From IMG/VR virus record IMGVR_UViG_2802429237_000003, positions 1 through 40,233 of that record: a stretch of DNA of 40,233 nucleotides. One strand, 5' to 3'. Source of the DNA: a virus. Taxonomy: Duplodnaviria > Heunggongvirae > Uroviricota > Caudoviricetes. Shown in pieces: positions 15,553-24,676 of the stretch. Each line of letters opens with the position of its first letter. Within the stretch, counting starts at the first letter, position 1. The position numbers and the translations under genes are program-made. Below the pieces are notes generated by a model, which worked only from the letters and a program-made list of their open reading frames with translations, did no database searches and was not told where the DNA came from.

Positions 15553-16599
15553 ATGGCTAATACTGTAAAAATATCCAGTTGTGAGTTAATCAACGCTGAT
15601 TGCCTGGAATTTATCCAGACCTTACCGGAAAACTCTGTCGATCTGATAGTCACAGACCCGCCATACTTTAAAGTGAAGCCCGAAGGCTGGGATAACCAGT
15701 GGAAGGGCGACGATGATTATCTGAAATGGCTGGACCAGTGTCTGGCGCAGTTCTGGCGGGTACTGAAGCCCGCCGGAAGTCTTTACCTGTTCTGTGGTCA
15801 TCGCCTGGCATCTGACACCGAAATCATGATGCGTGAGCGCTTTAATGTGCTGAACCACATTATCTGGGCGAAGCCGTCCGGGCGCTGGAACGGGTGCAAC
15901 AAGGAAAGCCTGCGGGCGTATTTTCCGGCAACAGAACGCATTCTGTTTGCAGAACATTATCAGGGGCCGTACCAGCCCAAAAATGACGGCTATGCGGCAA
16001 AGGGGCGCGAGCTAAAACAGCACGTCATGGCCCCGCTGATTTCTTACTTTCGTGATGCGCGTGAATCACTGGGAATAACGTCAAAACAGATAGCGGAAGC
16101 CACCGGAAAGAAAAACATGGCTTCGCACTGGTTTGGTACCAGTCAGTGGCAGTTGCCGAACGAAGGCGATTATCTGAAATTACAGGCGTTGTTTGCGCGT
16201 GTTGCAGCAGAAAAACATCAACGCGGGGAACTGGAAAAACCACACCACCAGCTGGTCAGCACATACAGTGAACTGAACCGGCAATATGCCAGCCTGCTGG
16301 AAGAGTACAAATCTTTACGGCGTTATTTTTCCGTATCGGCTGCCGTTCCGTATACGGATGTCTGGACGCACAAGCCCGTGCAGTATTATCCGGGCAAACA
16401 TCCCTGTGAAAAACCAGCCGATATGTTGCGCCAGATAATTACCGCCAGCAGTCGTCCGGGAGATTTGGTGGCTGATTTTTTTATGGGGTCAGGTTCCACA
16501 ATAAAGGCAGCATTGTCGCTCAGGCGTCGGGCTATTGGTGTGGAGCTGGAAGAAGAGAGATTTAATCAGACTGTGAAAGAAATAAAAAACTGCTGTTAA
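15553..16599 (+). CDS. DNA methyltransferase, beta-class amino-MTase (likely N6-adenine; 348 aa)
   Basis: DPPY motif IV near the N-terminus (VTDPPYF) and F-x-G-x-G motif I near the C-terminus (FFMGSGST): circularly permuted beta-class order; no adjacent restriction endonuclease gene. Confidence 0.85.
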   Translation: MANTVKISSCELINADCLEFIQTLPENSVDLIVTDPPYFKVKPEGWDNQWKGDDDYLKWLDQCLAQFWRVLKPAGSLYLFCGHRLASDTEIMMRERFNVLNHIIWAKPSGRWNGCNKESLRAYFPATERILFAEHYQGPYQPKNDGYAAKGRELKQHVMAPLISYFRDARESLGITSKQIAEATGKKNMASHWFGTSQWQLPNEGDYLKLQALFARVAAEKHQRGELEKPHHQLVSTYSELNRQYASLLEEYKSLRRYFSVSAAVPYTDVWTHKPVQYYPGKHPCEKPADMLRQIITASSRPGDLVADFFMGSGSTIKAALSLRRRAIGVELEEERFNQTVKEIKNCC

Positions 16600-16878
16600 T
16601 TTTTATGTTGGTGTTTTCTTTATTCTATAAAAACACAAAACATATACTTATATTTGCAGTAATTGACGTTATTTTTTGTTGAAAAAATATCTTGGCTTAT
16701 TAATATCCATTCCCGGTTCCGAGGGAGGATAGGGAAATAATGCATACGTGGTCGTTTCTTTTCCTGAGGAACCACTGACTAAGCTTTTTATCGTTGTGGC
16801 ACTGGCGCATTGTTTTTGGCGCGGAAACAGGAGCGCATGCTCATTCCGGGCTGTTATGGCCTCAGTGCTTATTTTTGG

Positions 16879-16954
16879 GCATCAGAATGACGCATTGTCG
16901 AAAAGAAGTAGCAGGATTTAGCGTCGAGAGGCTGATGATGCGTCATTCTGATGC
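16879..16954. repeat. perfect 17-bp inverted repeat GCATCAGAATGACGCAT / ATGCGTCATTCTGATGC with 42-nt spacer
   Basis: Arms at 16879-16895 and 16938-16954 are exact reverse complements; noncoding region. Confidence 0.8.
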
Positions 16955-17047
16955 TGTTGCAGATATAATTTGAGGTGTATCCCAGTGCGGGAGTGACCGG
17001 GAATATTTTACGCCGAAGGTCACAACATATTGCTTATTGAGGCAGGT

Positions 17048-17139
17048 GATATGTTTCGGGAGGCACCCGACACCTCAAACCTTATAATGATAGCGTGTTC
17101 TTTATAGCCATTAACCGCCGTGTCAGGCGGTTTTTTTTG
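17048..17139 (+). repeat. repeated noncoding module, copy 1 (conserved core TTTCGGGAGGCACCCGACACCTCA, then intrinsic terminator)
   Basis: 24-nt core at 17055-17078 identical to core at 17828-17851; CCGCC(GTGTCA)GGCGG + T8 at 17116-17139. Confidence 0.7.
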
Positions 17140-17293
17140 CGTTGTGTGCTGTGATATAAAAATATCATATTTAATAATTACCAGAGAAACAAATTTGTTT
17201 GTATGTTGTCGCATATGTGTTGATTGTGCGTAAAAAATTCACAAAAAATAAGAACAAAAAGATAAATTTACATAACTTAACTTGATGTGTTAT

Positions 17294-17321
17294 TGCTCCT
17301 GCACCATTTAACCGTATTATC
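17294..17321 (+). promoter_or_regulatory. candidate promoter for the tRNA pair (TTGCTC, 16 bp, TATTAT) with AT-rich upstream element
   Basis: Hexamers ~60 bp upstream of tRNA-Thr; preceded by ~150 bp of very AT-rich sequence. Confidence 0.35.
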
Positions 17322-17380
17322 GAAAGTGGTTCTGAGGGGGCACTTGTTCACCGATGATATTGATTCCCTGAAGAACCAAT

Positions 17381-17456
<76 letters not shown>

Positions 17457-17459
17457 TAT

Positions 17460-17534
<75 letters not shown>

Positions 17535-17820
17535 ACAGTAGACGAAATCTGGTTGTATTAGGCACTGACACATTGATATGTGGGGCGTTTTTCCTGATTC
17601 CTTACCGCGTCCTGTTCTGTAATATGTGATACAGGTTACAGTCCAGTGCCATTTTTTTACAATAATGGCATGGTGCATTGTCGGTGGAGATTTTGTATTT
17701 CCTGGCAGGGGCTGATGATGCACCATCCCGGTGTTGTAAATAACATCACAGAGGTGTTCCTCAGCGCGAGGGTGGTTTAAAGAGTCGGTTTAGCGGGAAA
17801 CCACAGTATCTGCTAACGGG

Positions 17821-17918
17821 TCAGGTATTTCGGGAGGCACCCGACACCTCAGTTTTACAACAATAAAAACAGCTTATATTTTGCATTGACCAACCGCCAC
17901 ACCAGGCGGTTTTTTTTT
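17821..17918 (+). repeat. repeated noncoding module, copy 2 (same 24-nt core, then intrinsic terminator)
   Basis: Core at 17828-17851; CCGCC(ACACCA)GGCGG + T9 at 17894-17918; two further terminator-like hairpins follow at ~17941-17962 and ~18041-18068. Confidence 0.7.
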
Positions 17919-18086
17919 ATTCACAATCCTGTTTCTTATGGCTCGCTACGGCGAGCTTTTTCATACCTGCGTCACGACTGGCGCTCATCAAATAACACCA
18001 GATAAAAGGCATTTGTGGGTGCCTTTGATGTGGTGTTGTTTTTTATGGGCCGCTGGTGGCCCTTTTTTATTTACAGGAGAAAAAGT

Positions 18087-18479
18087 ATGTCTGAACCCTT
18101 ATCCGGTTCCGGCACGGCTGCGGCGCTCGGCGGGGCGACGGTATTCGGGCTGTTTACCGGAACGGATTTCGGGATTGTGTTTGGTGCGTTCGCCGGGGCG
18201 TTATTTGTGGCAACGATGCCGCAGCAGCTTTCAGCCTGGCGTGTGGCGGCGCATTTTCTGGTGTCGTTCATTGTTGGCGTGCTGGGAGCGCGTGTGCTGT
18301 CAGCCTGGATAGCGGCAAAAACAGGTTATGACGGTACATCGGCAGATGCGCTGTGCGCGGTGCTTGTCGCGGTAGTGTCGGTGAAGATTCTGTCGTTCAT
18401 CCACCAGCAGGATATCGCATCACTGGTGTCCGGTCTGTTCTCCCGCCTGCGGGGCGGAGGAGGTGGCAATGTTAAGTAA
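18087..18479 (+). CDS. putative holin / lysis membrane protein (131 aa)
   Basis: Internal ATG of ORF 18015..18479 with AGGAG SD; multiple hydrophobic Gly/Ala-rich helices; first gene of the lysis cassette. Confidence 0.55.
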   Translation: MSEPLSGSGTAAALGGATVFGLFTGTDFGIVFGAFAGALFVATMPQQLSAWRVAAHFLVSFIVGVLGARVLSAWIAAKTGYDGTSADALCAVLVAVVSVKILSFIHQQDIASLVSGLFSRLRGGGGGNVK

Positions 18480-18747
18480 CCTTCCCGGCTTGCTGAATGT
18501 GGCGTTATGCACGGTTATTGTGCTGACGCTCTTTTTTTATCGTCGCCGTGATTCCAGACATAAACCGCTGATGTCATGGCTGGCCTGGCTGCTGATGCTG
18601 CTTTATGCCTTTGCACCTCTCAGCTATCTGTGCGGTCGCCCGTTAGCGGCGAACTGGCTGGCGGTGGGGCTTAATCTGCTGTTCTGCGTGTTGGTGATTC
18701 GCGCACGCGGGAACGTTTCAAAAATCTTTGTATTACGAAGGCGCTGA
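18469..18747 (+). CDS. putative holin/antiholin-type membrane protein (92 aa)
   Basis: ATG with GGAGGAGG SD; three predicted TM helices and a basic C-terminus (VLRRR); overlaps the upstream stop. Confidence 0.55.
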   Translation: MLSNLPGLLNVALCTVIVLTLFFYRRRDSRHKPLMSWLAWLLMLLYAFAPLSYLCGRPLAANWLAVGLNLLFCVLVIRARGNVSKIFVLRRR

Positions 18748-18748
18748 T

Positions 18749-19294
18749 ATGAAGTCGAAAGATGAAATTTTTGACGAAGTTCTGGGAAAAGAGGGCGGTT
18801 ACGTCAATCACCCGGATGATAAAGGCGGACCGACAAAATGGGGTATTACGGAAAAAGTCGCCCGCGCTCACGGATATCAGGGCGATATGCGTGACCTGAC
18901 ACGCGAACAGGCGCTGGAAATCCTTGAGGCGGATTACTGGTTCGGACCACGCTTTGATCAGGTGGCCGCATTATCCTCTGATATTGCTGCAGAGTTGTGT
19001 GATACCGGTGTGAATATGGGGCCGTCCGTAGCATCGAAAATGCTCCAACGCTGGCTGAACGTTTTCAACCTGCAAGGCAAATTGTTCCCGGATATGGACG
19101 CAGACGGGCGTATCGGCCCCCGCACGATTAATGCACTACGGACTTATCTGCAAAAACGCGGCAAAGACGGCGAACTGGTGATGCTGAAGGCGCTGAATTG
19201 CACGCAGGGCGACCGCTATCTGGAGCTGGCAGAAAAACGCGAGGCCAACGAGTCGTTTGTCTACGGCTGGATGAAAGAGCGCGTAGCAGTTTAA
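18749..19294 (+). CDS. endolysin, glycoside hydrolase family 108-like with C-terminal peptidoglycan-binding domain (181 aa)
   Basis: N-terminal EGGYVNHPDDKGGPTKWGIT resembles the GH108 signature; C-terminal region resembles a PG-binding domain; follows the holins. Confidence 0.8.
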   Translation: MKSKDEIFDEVLGKEGGYVNHPDDKGGPTKWGITEKVARAHGYQGDMRDLTREQALEILEADYWFGPRFDQVAALSSDIAAELCDTGVNMGPSVASKMLQRWLNVFNLQGKLFPDMDADGRIGPRTINALRTYLQKRGKDGELVMLKALNCTQGDRYLELAEKREANESFVYGWMKERVAV

Positions 19295-19394
19295 AAACTG
19301 ACGCTGAAGTGCTGAACACCCTCAACTCACGCAGGCTCTTTTCTGGGGTTACGATGAGTGAAAGTAAGGGGTACAGCATCAAGCATCAGATAGC

Positions 19395-19430
19395 AAAAAC
19401 CCCGGCTGCTGGAACAGTCCGGGGTTTTTA
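19395..19430 (+). terminator. rho-independent terminator after the endolysin gene
   Basis: AAAACCCCGG...CCGGGGTTTTT hairpin with T-run. Confidence 0.6.
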
Positions 19431-19520
19431 GTTTTCACGTCAAAGAGGAAATTGTGAGTAGTGAGTACGGAGAAAATCCTCGTGGGAAAGTATAAAAGAT
19501 TCTTTTTGAGGTTGTCCATT

Positions 19521-19634
19521 ATGAAAGGTATTGAAGTGGAAACTCCCGCGAGCCTTGATTTGACAAGGGCTGCGGCCTTTGCAATTCGCCTTGTGGCGGT
19601 CGCTGTTCTGATTTGGGCTGTGCGTTGGTGGTGA
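19521..19634 (+). CDS. small hydrophobic peptide (37 aa; below ORF-track cutoff)
   Basis: Hand-translated MKGIEVETPASLDLTRAAAFAIRLVAVAVLIWAVRWW; stop is 1 nt before the start of the lipoprotein gene. Confidence 0.3.
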   Translation: MKGIEVETPASLDLTRAAAFAIRLVAVAVLIWAVRWW

Positions 19635-19635
19635 T

Positions 19636-19818
19636 ATGAGCCGAAAACACTGGACACACAGAATGCCGCGAGCGGCGGCAAAATGGGCACTGGTAGCGAT
19701 ACTGGTGCCTTTTTTATTGGTGGGGTGCGTCAGCCTGGATAAGGCGCGCCAGCTTTTCGATACAGCTTCTCAGGTCTGCGAAATTGTTGATAGTGTCCGG
19801 CAGTGTATGCAGAACTGA
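19636..19818 (+). CDS. small lipoprotein (60 aa precursor; lipobox LLVGC; ~29-aa Cys-containing mature part)
   Basis: Signal peptide with lipobox L-L-V-G-C; mature part not proline-rich, so not a typical Rz1 o-spanin. Confidence 0.5.
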   Translation: MSRKHWTHRMPRAAAKWALVAILVPFLLVGCVSLDKARQLFDTASQVCEIVDSVRQCMQN

Positions 19819-19860
19819 CCGACGGTGAGAGCAGAATATTTTTTAGAGGAGCGAAATTCT

Positions 19861-20211
19861 ATGCCATCACAAATCCCTCGTGCATGCCGTAAGCGAGGCT
19901 GTGCAGGCACAACGACGGACAGTTCTGGCTACTGCGATAAGCATCGCGGCGAAGGTTGGACACAACATCAACGCGGACTGAGCCGCCACCAGCGTGGCTA
20001 TGGCTCGAAATGGGATGCCATACGTGCGCGCATACTGAAGCGTGATAATCATCTGTGTCAGAACTGCCTGCGCAATGGGATAGCCGTTGAAGCCAGAACT
20101 GTGGACCACATCATTCCGAAAGCTCATGGCGGTACGGATGCAGACGGTAATCTGCAGAGCCTGTGCTGGCCCTGCCACAAGGCGAAAACAGCGCGTGAAC
20201 GCATCAACTGA
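19861..20211 (+). CDS. HNH endonuclease, terminase-associated (116 aa)
   Basis: SD GAGGAG before ATG 19861; HNH motifs (DHIIPKAHGG...N...CWPCH); immediately upstream of the terminase genes. Confidence 0.8.
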   Translation: MPSQIPRACRKRGCAGTTTDSSGYCDKHRGEGWTQHQRGLSRHQRGYGSKWDAIRARILKRDNHLCQNCLRNGIAVEARTVDHIIPKAHGGTDADGNLQSLCWPCHKAKTARERIN

Positions 20212-20359
20212 TAATCGTTCTCATCTGTAAGGGAGGGGCGGGTCAAATCTCAGCAACCCTGGCTGCTCAGTACCGCCGCCTGACCCTTCCTCACATCGCC
20301 GCAGGTTCGAAAACTTTTTTTTGGGAATGTGATTAAACGATTGATAGGTAAAACCGATT

Positions 20360-20842
20360 ATGTCAGGACCCCCGAAAACCCCGCCACGCCTGCATTTGAT
20401 ACGAGGCAACCCCTCAAAACGCCCCGTTAAAGACTCAAAAAAAACCGCTAAAAAGGACGAAAAAGGTCTCCCTAAAATTCCGCAACATTTAGGGGCGCAG
20501 GGGAAGTACTGGTTCAGGCGAATGGCGGAAGAGCTGAATGCGGAAGGGATCATTTCTCAGCTTGATGCGCGTGCACTCGAGTTACTGGTGGAAGCCTACA
20601 CCGAATACCGGCATCACTGCGAAACACTTGATGCTGAGGGTTATACCTACCGCACGGAAACGCAGAACGGTGATGTGCTGATTAAGGCACACCCGGCTGC
20701 TGCGATGAAAGCGGATGCCTGGAAGCGGATCCGGGCGATGCTTGCAGAGTTTGGTATGTCACCGGCAAGCCGGGCGAAAGTAAATACCGCCGGACCGGAT
20801 GATGTTGATCCGCTGGCGGAACTTTTAAAAGCGAGAGACTGA
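20360..20842 (+). CDS. terminase small subunit (P27-type; 160 aa)
   Basis: Size, basic N-terminus and position directly upstream of, and overlapping, the terminase large subunit. Confidence 0.7.
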   Translation: MSGPPKTPPRLHLIRGNPSKRPVKDSKKTAKKDEKGLPKIPQHLGAQGKYWFRRMAEELNAEGIISQLDARALELLVEAYTEYRHHCETLDAEGYTYRTETQNGDVLIKAHPAAAMKADAWKRIRAMLAEFGMSPASRAKVNTAGPDDVDPLAELLKARD

Positions 20843-22599
20843 TGGCAAAAGTGGCTGACGGGATCCGCTACGCCGAACGTGTTGTTGCAGGAGAAATTGT
20901 CGCTGGCGAATTTGTCCGTCTGGCCTGCCAGCGTTTTCTTGATGATCTGAAGTACGGCGAAGAGCGGGGGATTTATTTCAGTGAACCCCGTGCGCAGCAC
21001 ATCCTGAATTTCTACAAATTTGTGCCCCATGTAAAAGGGGCGCTGGCTGGCCAGCCCATTGAATTGATGGACTGGCATGTATTTATCCTCATTAATATTT
21101 TTGGTTTTGTTATTCCGCTGGTGAATGAAGAGACCGGGGAAGTTGTCATGCGCAGCGATGGCAGCGGACGCCCGGTGATGGTGCGCCGGTTCCGGACGGC
21201 GTACAACGAAGTTGCCCGTAAAAACGCAAAATCAACCCTGTCATCGGGTATTGGTCTGTATATGACGGGGGCAGATGGTGAAGGCGGGGCTGAGGTGTAT
21301 TCAGCCGCAACCACGCGTGATCAGGCCAGAATCGTGTTTGAAGACGCCAAAAATATGGTCAGAAAAGCCCGGTCGACACTCGGGCGGTTGTTTGATTTCA
21401 ACAAGCTGGCGATTTACCAGGAGCAGAGCGCATCAAAATTTGAACCGCTTTCCTCGGATGCAAACAACCTGGACGGTCTGAACATCCACTGCGCCATTAT
21501 TGATGAGCTGCATGCGCATAAAACCCGTGACGTGTGGGACGTTCTGGAAACGGCAACCGGTGCCCGTCTGCAGTCCCTTTTATTTGGTATCACCACGGCA
21601 GGGTTTAACAAGGAAGGGATTTGTTACGAGCAACGCGATTACGCCATCAAGGTATTGCGTGGCTATAACAGCGACGTGGAGGGCGCGGTAAAAGACGACT
21701 CCTACTTTGCGATTATTTACACCCTCGATGAGGGAGATGATCCGTTTGATGAAACGGTCTGGCAGAAAGCGAATCCCGGACTGGGCATCTGTAAACGCTG
21801 GGATGATCTGCGTCGTCTGGCGAAAAAAGCGAAAGAACAGGTCTCTGCGCGGGTGAATTTTTTTACCAAACACATGAATGTGTGGGTAACAGCAGAGTCT
21901 GCCTGGATGGACATGATTAAGTGGGAGAAGTGCGAATACATTGCCCCACGACATGAGCTGAAAACGTATCCCATGTGGGTCGGCGTTGACCTTGCTCATA
22001 AGATTGATATCTGTGCGGCGGCAAAACTCTGGCGAACGGATAACGGGCATGTTCATGCCGATTTTAAATTCTGGCTTCCGGAAGGACGGCTGGAACGATG
22101 CTCGCGGCAGCAGGCAGAACTTTACCGGAAGTGGGCGGAGATGGATAAGCTCATCCTGACGGATGGTGATGTTATCGATCATGCTCAGATAAAAAGTGAC
22201 TTACTGGAATGGATTGGCGGTGAAAACCTCAGGGAACTGGGATTTGACCCGTGGAGTGCAATGCAGTTCAGTCTGACTCTGGCTGAAGAAGGGATACCGC
22301 TGGTGGAAGTTCCGCAGACGGTCCGCAATCTGTCAGAGGCCATGAAGGAAACGGAATCACTGGTCTATGCCGGGCGTTTCCATCACAGCAATCACCCGGT
22401 CATGAACTGGATGATGTCTAACGTTACGGTAAAACCGGACAAAAACGACAATATCTTCCCGAACAAATCCACGCCTGAAGCCAAAATCGACGGCCCTGTT
22501 GCGATGTTTACAGCAATGAGCCGGATGCTGGTCAATGGCGGTGAACCGGAGCCGGATCTGTCTGAACACCTGATTAGTGTTGGTATCCGCTCGCTTTAA
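20842..22599 (+). CDS. terminase large subunit (585 aa)
   Basis: Walker A-like VARKNAKST, conserved ATPase and nuclease regions of the Terminase_1 family; start overlaps the small-subunit stop. Confidence 0.9.
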   Translation: MAKVADGIRYAERVVAGEIVAGEFVRLACQRFLDDLKYGEERGIYFSEPRAQHILNFYKFVPHVKGALAGQPIELMDWHVFILINIFGFVIPLVNEETGEVVMRSDGSGRPVMVRRFRTAYNEVARKNAKSTLSSGIGLYMTGADGEGGAEVYSAATTRDQARIVFEDAKNMVRKARSTLGRLFDFNKLAIYQEQSASKFEPLSSDANNLDGLNIHCAIIDELHAHKTRDVWDVLETATGARLQSLLFGITTAGFNKEGICYEQRDYAIKVLRGYNSDVEGAVKDDSYFAIIYTLDEGDDPFDETVWQKANPGLGICKRWDDLRRLAKKAKEQVSARVNFFTKHMNVWVTAESAWMDMIKWEKCEYIAPRHELKTYPMWVGVDLAHKIDICAAAKLWRTDNGHVHADFKFWLPEGRLERCSRQQAELYRKWAEMDKLILTDGDVIDHAQIKSDLLEWIGGENLRELGFDPWSAMQFSLTLAEEGIPLVEVPQTVRNLSEAMKETESLVYAGRFHHSNHPVMNWMMSNVTVKPDKNDNIFPNKSTPEAKIDGPVAMFTAMSRMLVNGGEPEPDLSEHLISVGIRSL

Positions 22600-22792
22600 C
22601 CGAGGGCATTATGTTTCTGATAATTCTCACGCCACTGGTGGGCGTGCTGGGGGCGCTTTTGCTGTCGTATGGCACATGGATGATTTATCCCCCGGCAGGT
22701 TTTGTTGTTGCCGGGGCACTATGTCTGTGCTGGTCGTGGCTGGTTGCGCGTTATCTCGATCGCGGTCACCGGGTCGCCTCCGGAGGTGAGTA

Positions 22793-24034
22793 ATGTTTTT
22801 CCAGGGGCTTTTTCAACGCAAAAATAACACCCCCGTCACAACGCCCGGGATGCTTGCGGAAGAACTTGGATTGTCATACGACACCTATACCGGAAAGCGG
22901 ATCAGCAGCCAGCGGGCCATGCGGCTGACGGCGGTCTATTCCTGCGTCAGGGTGCTGGCGGAGTCTGTTGGTATGCTGCCCTGCAGCCTCTACAAAATCA
23001 CCGGTACCCTTAAAACACGGGCGGTGGATGAACGACTGCATAAGCTGGTTTCGGCAAAACCTAATGGCTACATGACGCCGCAGGAATTCTGGGAGCTGGT
23101 CATTGTCTGCCTGTGTCTGCGGGGTAATTTTTACGCCTACAAGGTAAAGGCACTGGGGGAAGTGGTGGAGCTTCTTCCGATAGATCCGGGCTGTGTGGAA
23201 CCGAAGCTGAACAGCCAGTGGCAGCCGGTTTATCAGGTGACGTTTCCGGATGGTTCCGTGGATGTGCTGACCCAGAATGAAATCTGGCATGTGCGCACTC
23301 TGACGCTGGATGGACTTGTCGGGCTGAATCCCATTGCGTATGCGCGTGAGGCCATTTCACTGGCAGCGGCAACTGAGGAGCACGGCGCCAGGTTGTTTGG
23401 TAACGGCGCTGTGACATCCGGTGTGTTGCGTACGGATCAACAACTTTCTGATCAGGCTTATGCGCGTATCAAAAAGGACTTTGAGGAACGGCATGTCGGG
23501 CTGGGAAATTCTCATCGTCCGATGATTCTGGAAATGGGGCTGGACTGGAAAACGGTGGCACTGAATGCCGAGGACAGCCAGTTCTTGGAAACCCGCAAGT
23601 TTCAGCTGGAAGAAATCTGTCGCCTGTTCCGCGTACCGCTGCATATGGTGCAGAACACCGATCGCGCCACCTTCAACAATATTGAAGAGCTGGGGCTTGG
23701 TTTCATTAACTATTCCCTTGTGCCGTATCTGACCCGTATTGAACAGCGGATCAATACAGGGCTGGTCAGGGAGAGCAAACAGGGGAGGTTTTACGCCAAA
23801 TTTAATGCCGGAGCATTGTTGCGTGGCGACATGAAATCCCGCTTTGAAGCGTATGCCACGGGGATCAACTGGGGGATTTATTCCCCTAATGACTGCCGTG
23901 ATCTGGAGGATATGAATCCCCGACCGGGCGGTGATGTGTATCTGACACCGATGAACATGACCACCAGTCCCTCTGCTGGCGATGACAACGGTAAGAAAAA
24001 GGAGAGTGGAGATGCAGACAAAACAGCGTCTTGA
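22793..24034 (+). CDS. portal protein, HK97 family (413 aa)
   Basis: Size, position after terminase, and HK97-type portal conserved regions; SD GGAGGTGAG. Confidence 0.85.
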   Translation: MFFQGLFQRKNNTPVTTPGMLAEELGLSYDTYTGKRISSQRAMRLTAVYSCVRVLAESVGMLPCSLYKITGTLKTRAVDERLHKLVSAKPNGYMTPQEFWELVIVCLCLRGNFYAYKVKALGEVVELLPIDPGCVEPKLNSQWQPVYQVTFPDGSVDVLTQNEIWHVRTLTLDGLVGLNPIAYAREAISLAAATEEHGARLFGNGAVTSGVLRTDQQLSDQAYARIKKDFEERHVGLGNSHRPMILEMGLDWKTVALNAEDSQFLETRKFQLEEICRLFRVPLHMVQNTDRATFNNIEELGLGFINYSLVPYLTRIEQRINTGLVRESKQGRFYAKFNAGALLRGDMKSRFEAYATGINWGIYSPNDCRDLEDMNPRPGGDVYLTPMNMTTSPSAGDDNGKKKESGDADKTAS

Positions 24035-24662
24035 TATACCGCTGAACCTGAAATCCGTCAGTGATTCCGGGGAATTTGAAGGTTACGGTTCTGTTTTTGG
24101 TGTTAAGGACAGCCACGATGATGTGGTGGTCCCCGGTGCCTTTACCACAACACTCCAGAAATGGAGCGAAAAAAAGGCGCTGCCTGCGTTGCTCTGGCAG
24201 CACCGCATGGATGAGCCCATCGGTGTGTACACCGAAATGAAAGAAGATGATGTCGGGCTTTATGTCAGGGGGCGATTACTCGTTGATGATGATCCCCTGG
24301 CAAAACGTGCACATGCCCATATGAAGGCCGGTTCTTTAACCGGCCTTTCTATTGGCTACATCCTGAAAGACTGGGAGTACGACCGTGAAAAAGGGGTATT
24401 CCTGCTGAAAGAGATCGACCTGTGGGAGGTCAGTCTGGTGACGTTTCCTTCCAATGATGAGGCACGCATCAGCGATGTGAAAAATGCGCTGGCGCGTGGG
24501 GAGATCCCTGATCAGAAAATCATTGAGCGGGTCCTGCGCGATGTTGGACTCTCGCGAACCCAGGCCAAAGCATTCATGGCCGGGGGATATGGCGCTTTAT
24601 CCCTGCGTGATGCTGAGGATGTGGATGCCGCACTGAATGCACTGAAAAATCTTAAATTTTAA
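24012..24662 (+). CDS. prohead protease, HK97 family (216 aa)
   Basis: Internal ATG of ORF 23982..24662 with SD GGAGAGTGGAG; between portal and major capsid genes. Confidence 0.75.
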   Translation: MQTKQRLDIPLNLKSVSDSGEFEGYGSVFGVKDSHDDVVVPGAFTTTLQKWSEKKALPALLWQHRMDEPIGVYTEMKEDDVGLYVRGRLLVDDDPLAKRAHAHMKAGSLTGLSIGYILKDWEYDREKGVFLLKEIDLWEVSLVTFPSNDEARISDVKNALARGEIPDQKIIERVLRDVGLSRTQAKAFMAGGYGALSLRDAEDVDAALNALKNLKF

Positions 24663-24676
24663 CCAGGAGAAAAATA

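Noticed and set aside
17938-18312. 124-aa plus-strand ORF starting upstream of the holin
   Set aside because: Begins inside terminator hairpins and is out of frame with the well-supported holin ORF; Cys/Trp/Arg-rich translation.
19198-19431. 77-aa ORF overlapping the endolysin 3' end and its terminator
   Set aside because: Out of frame with the endolysin and runs through the terminator hairpin; no SD.
21580-22182. 200-aa ORF on the minus strand
   Set aside because: Antisense to the terminase large subunit, which has clear conserved motifs; no SD; low-complexity product.
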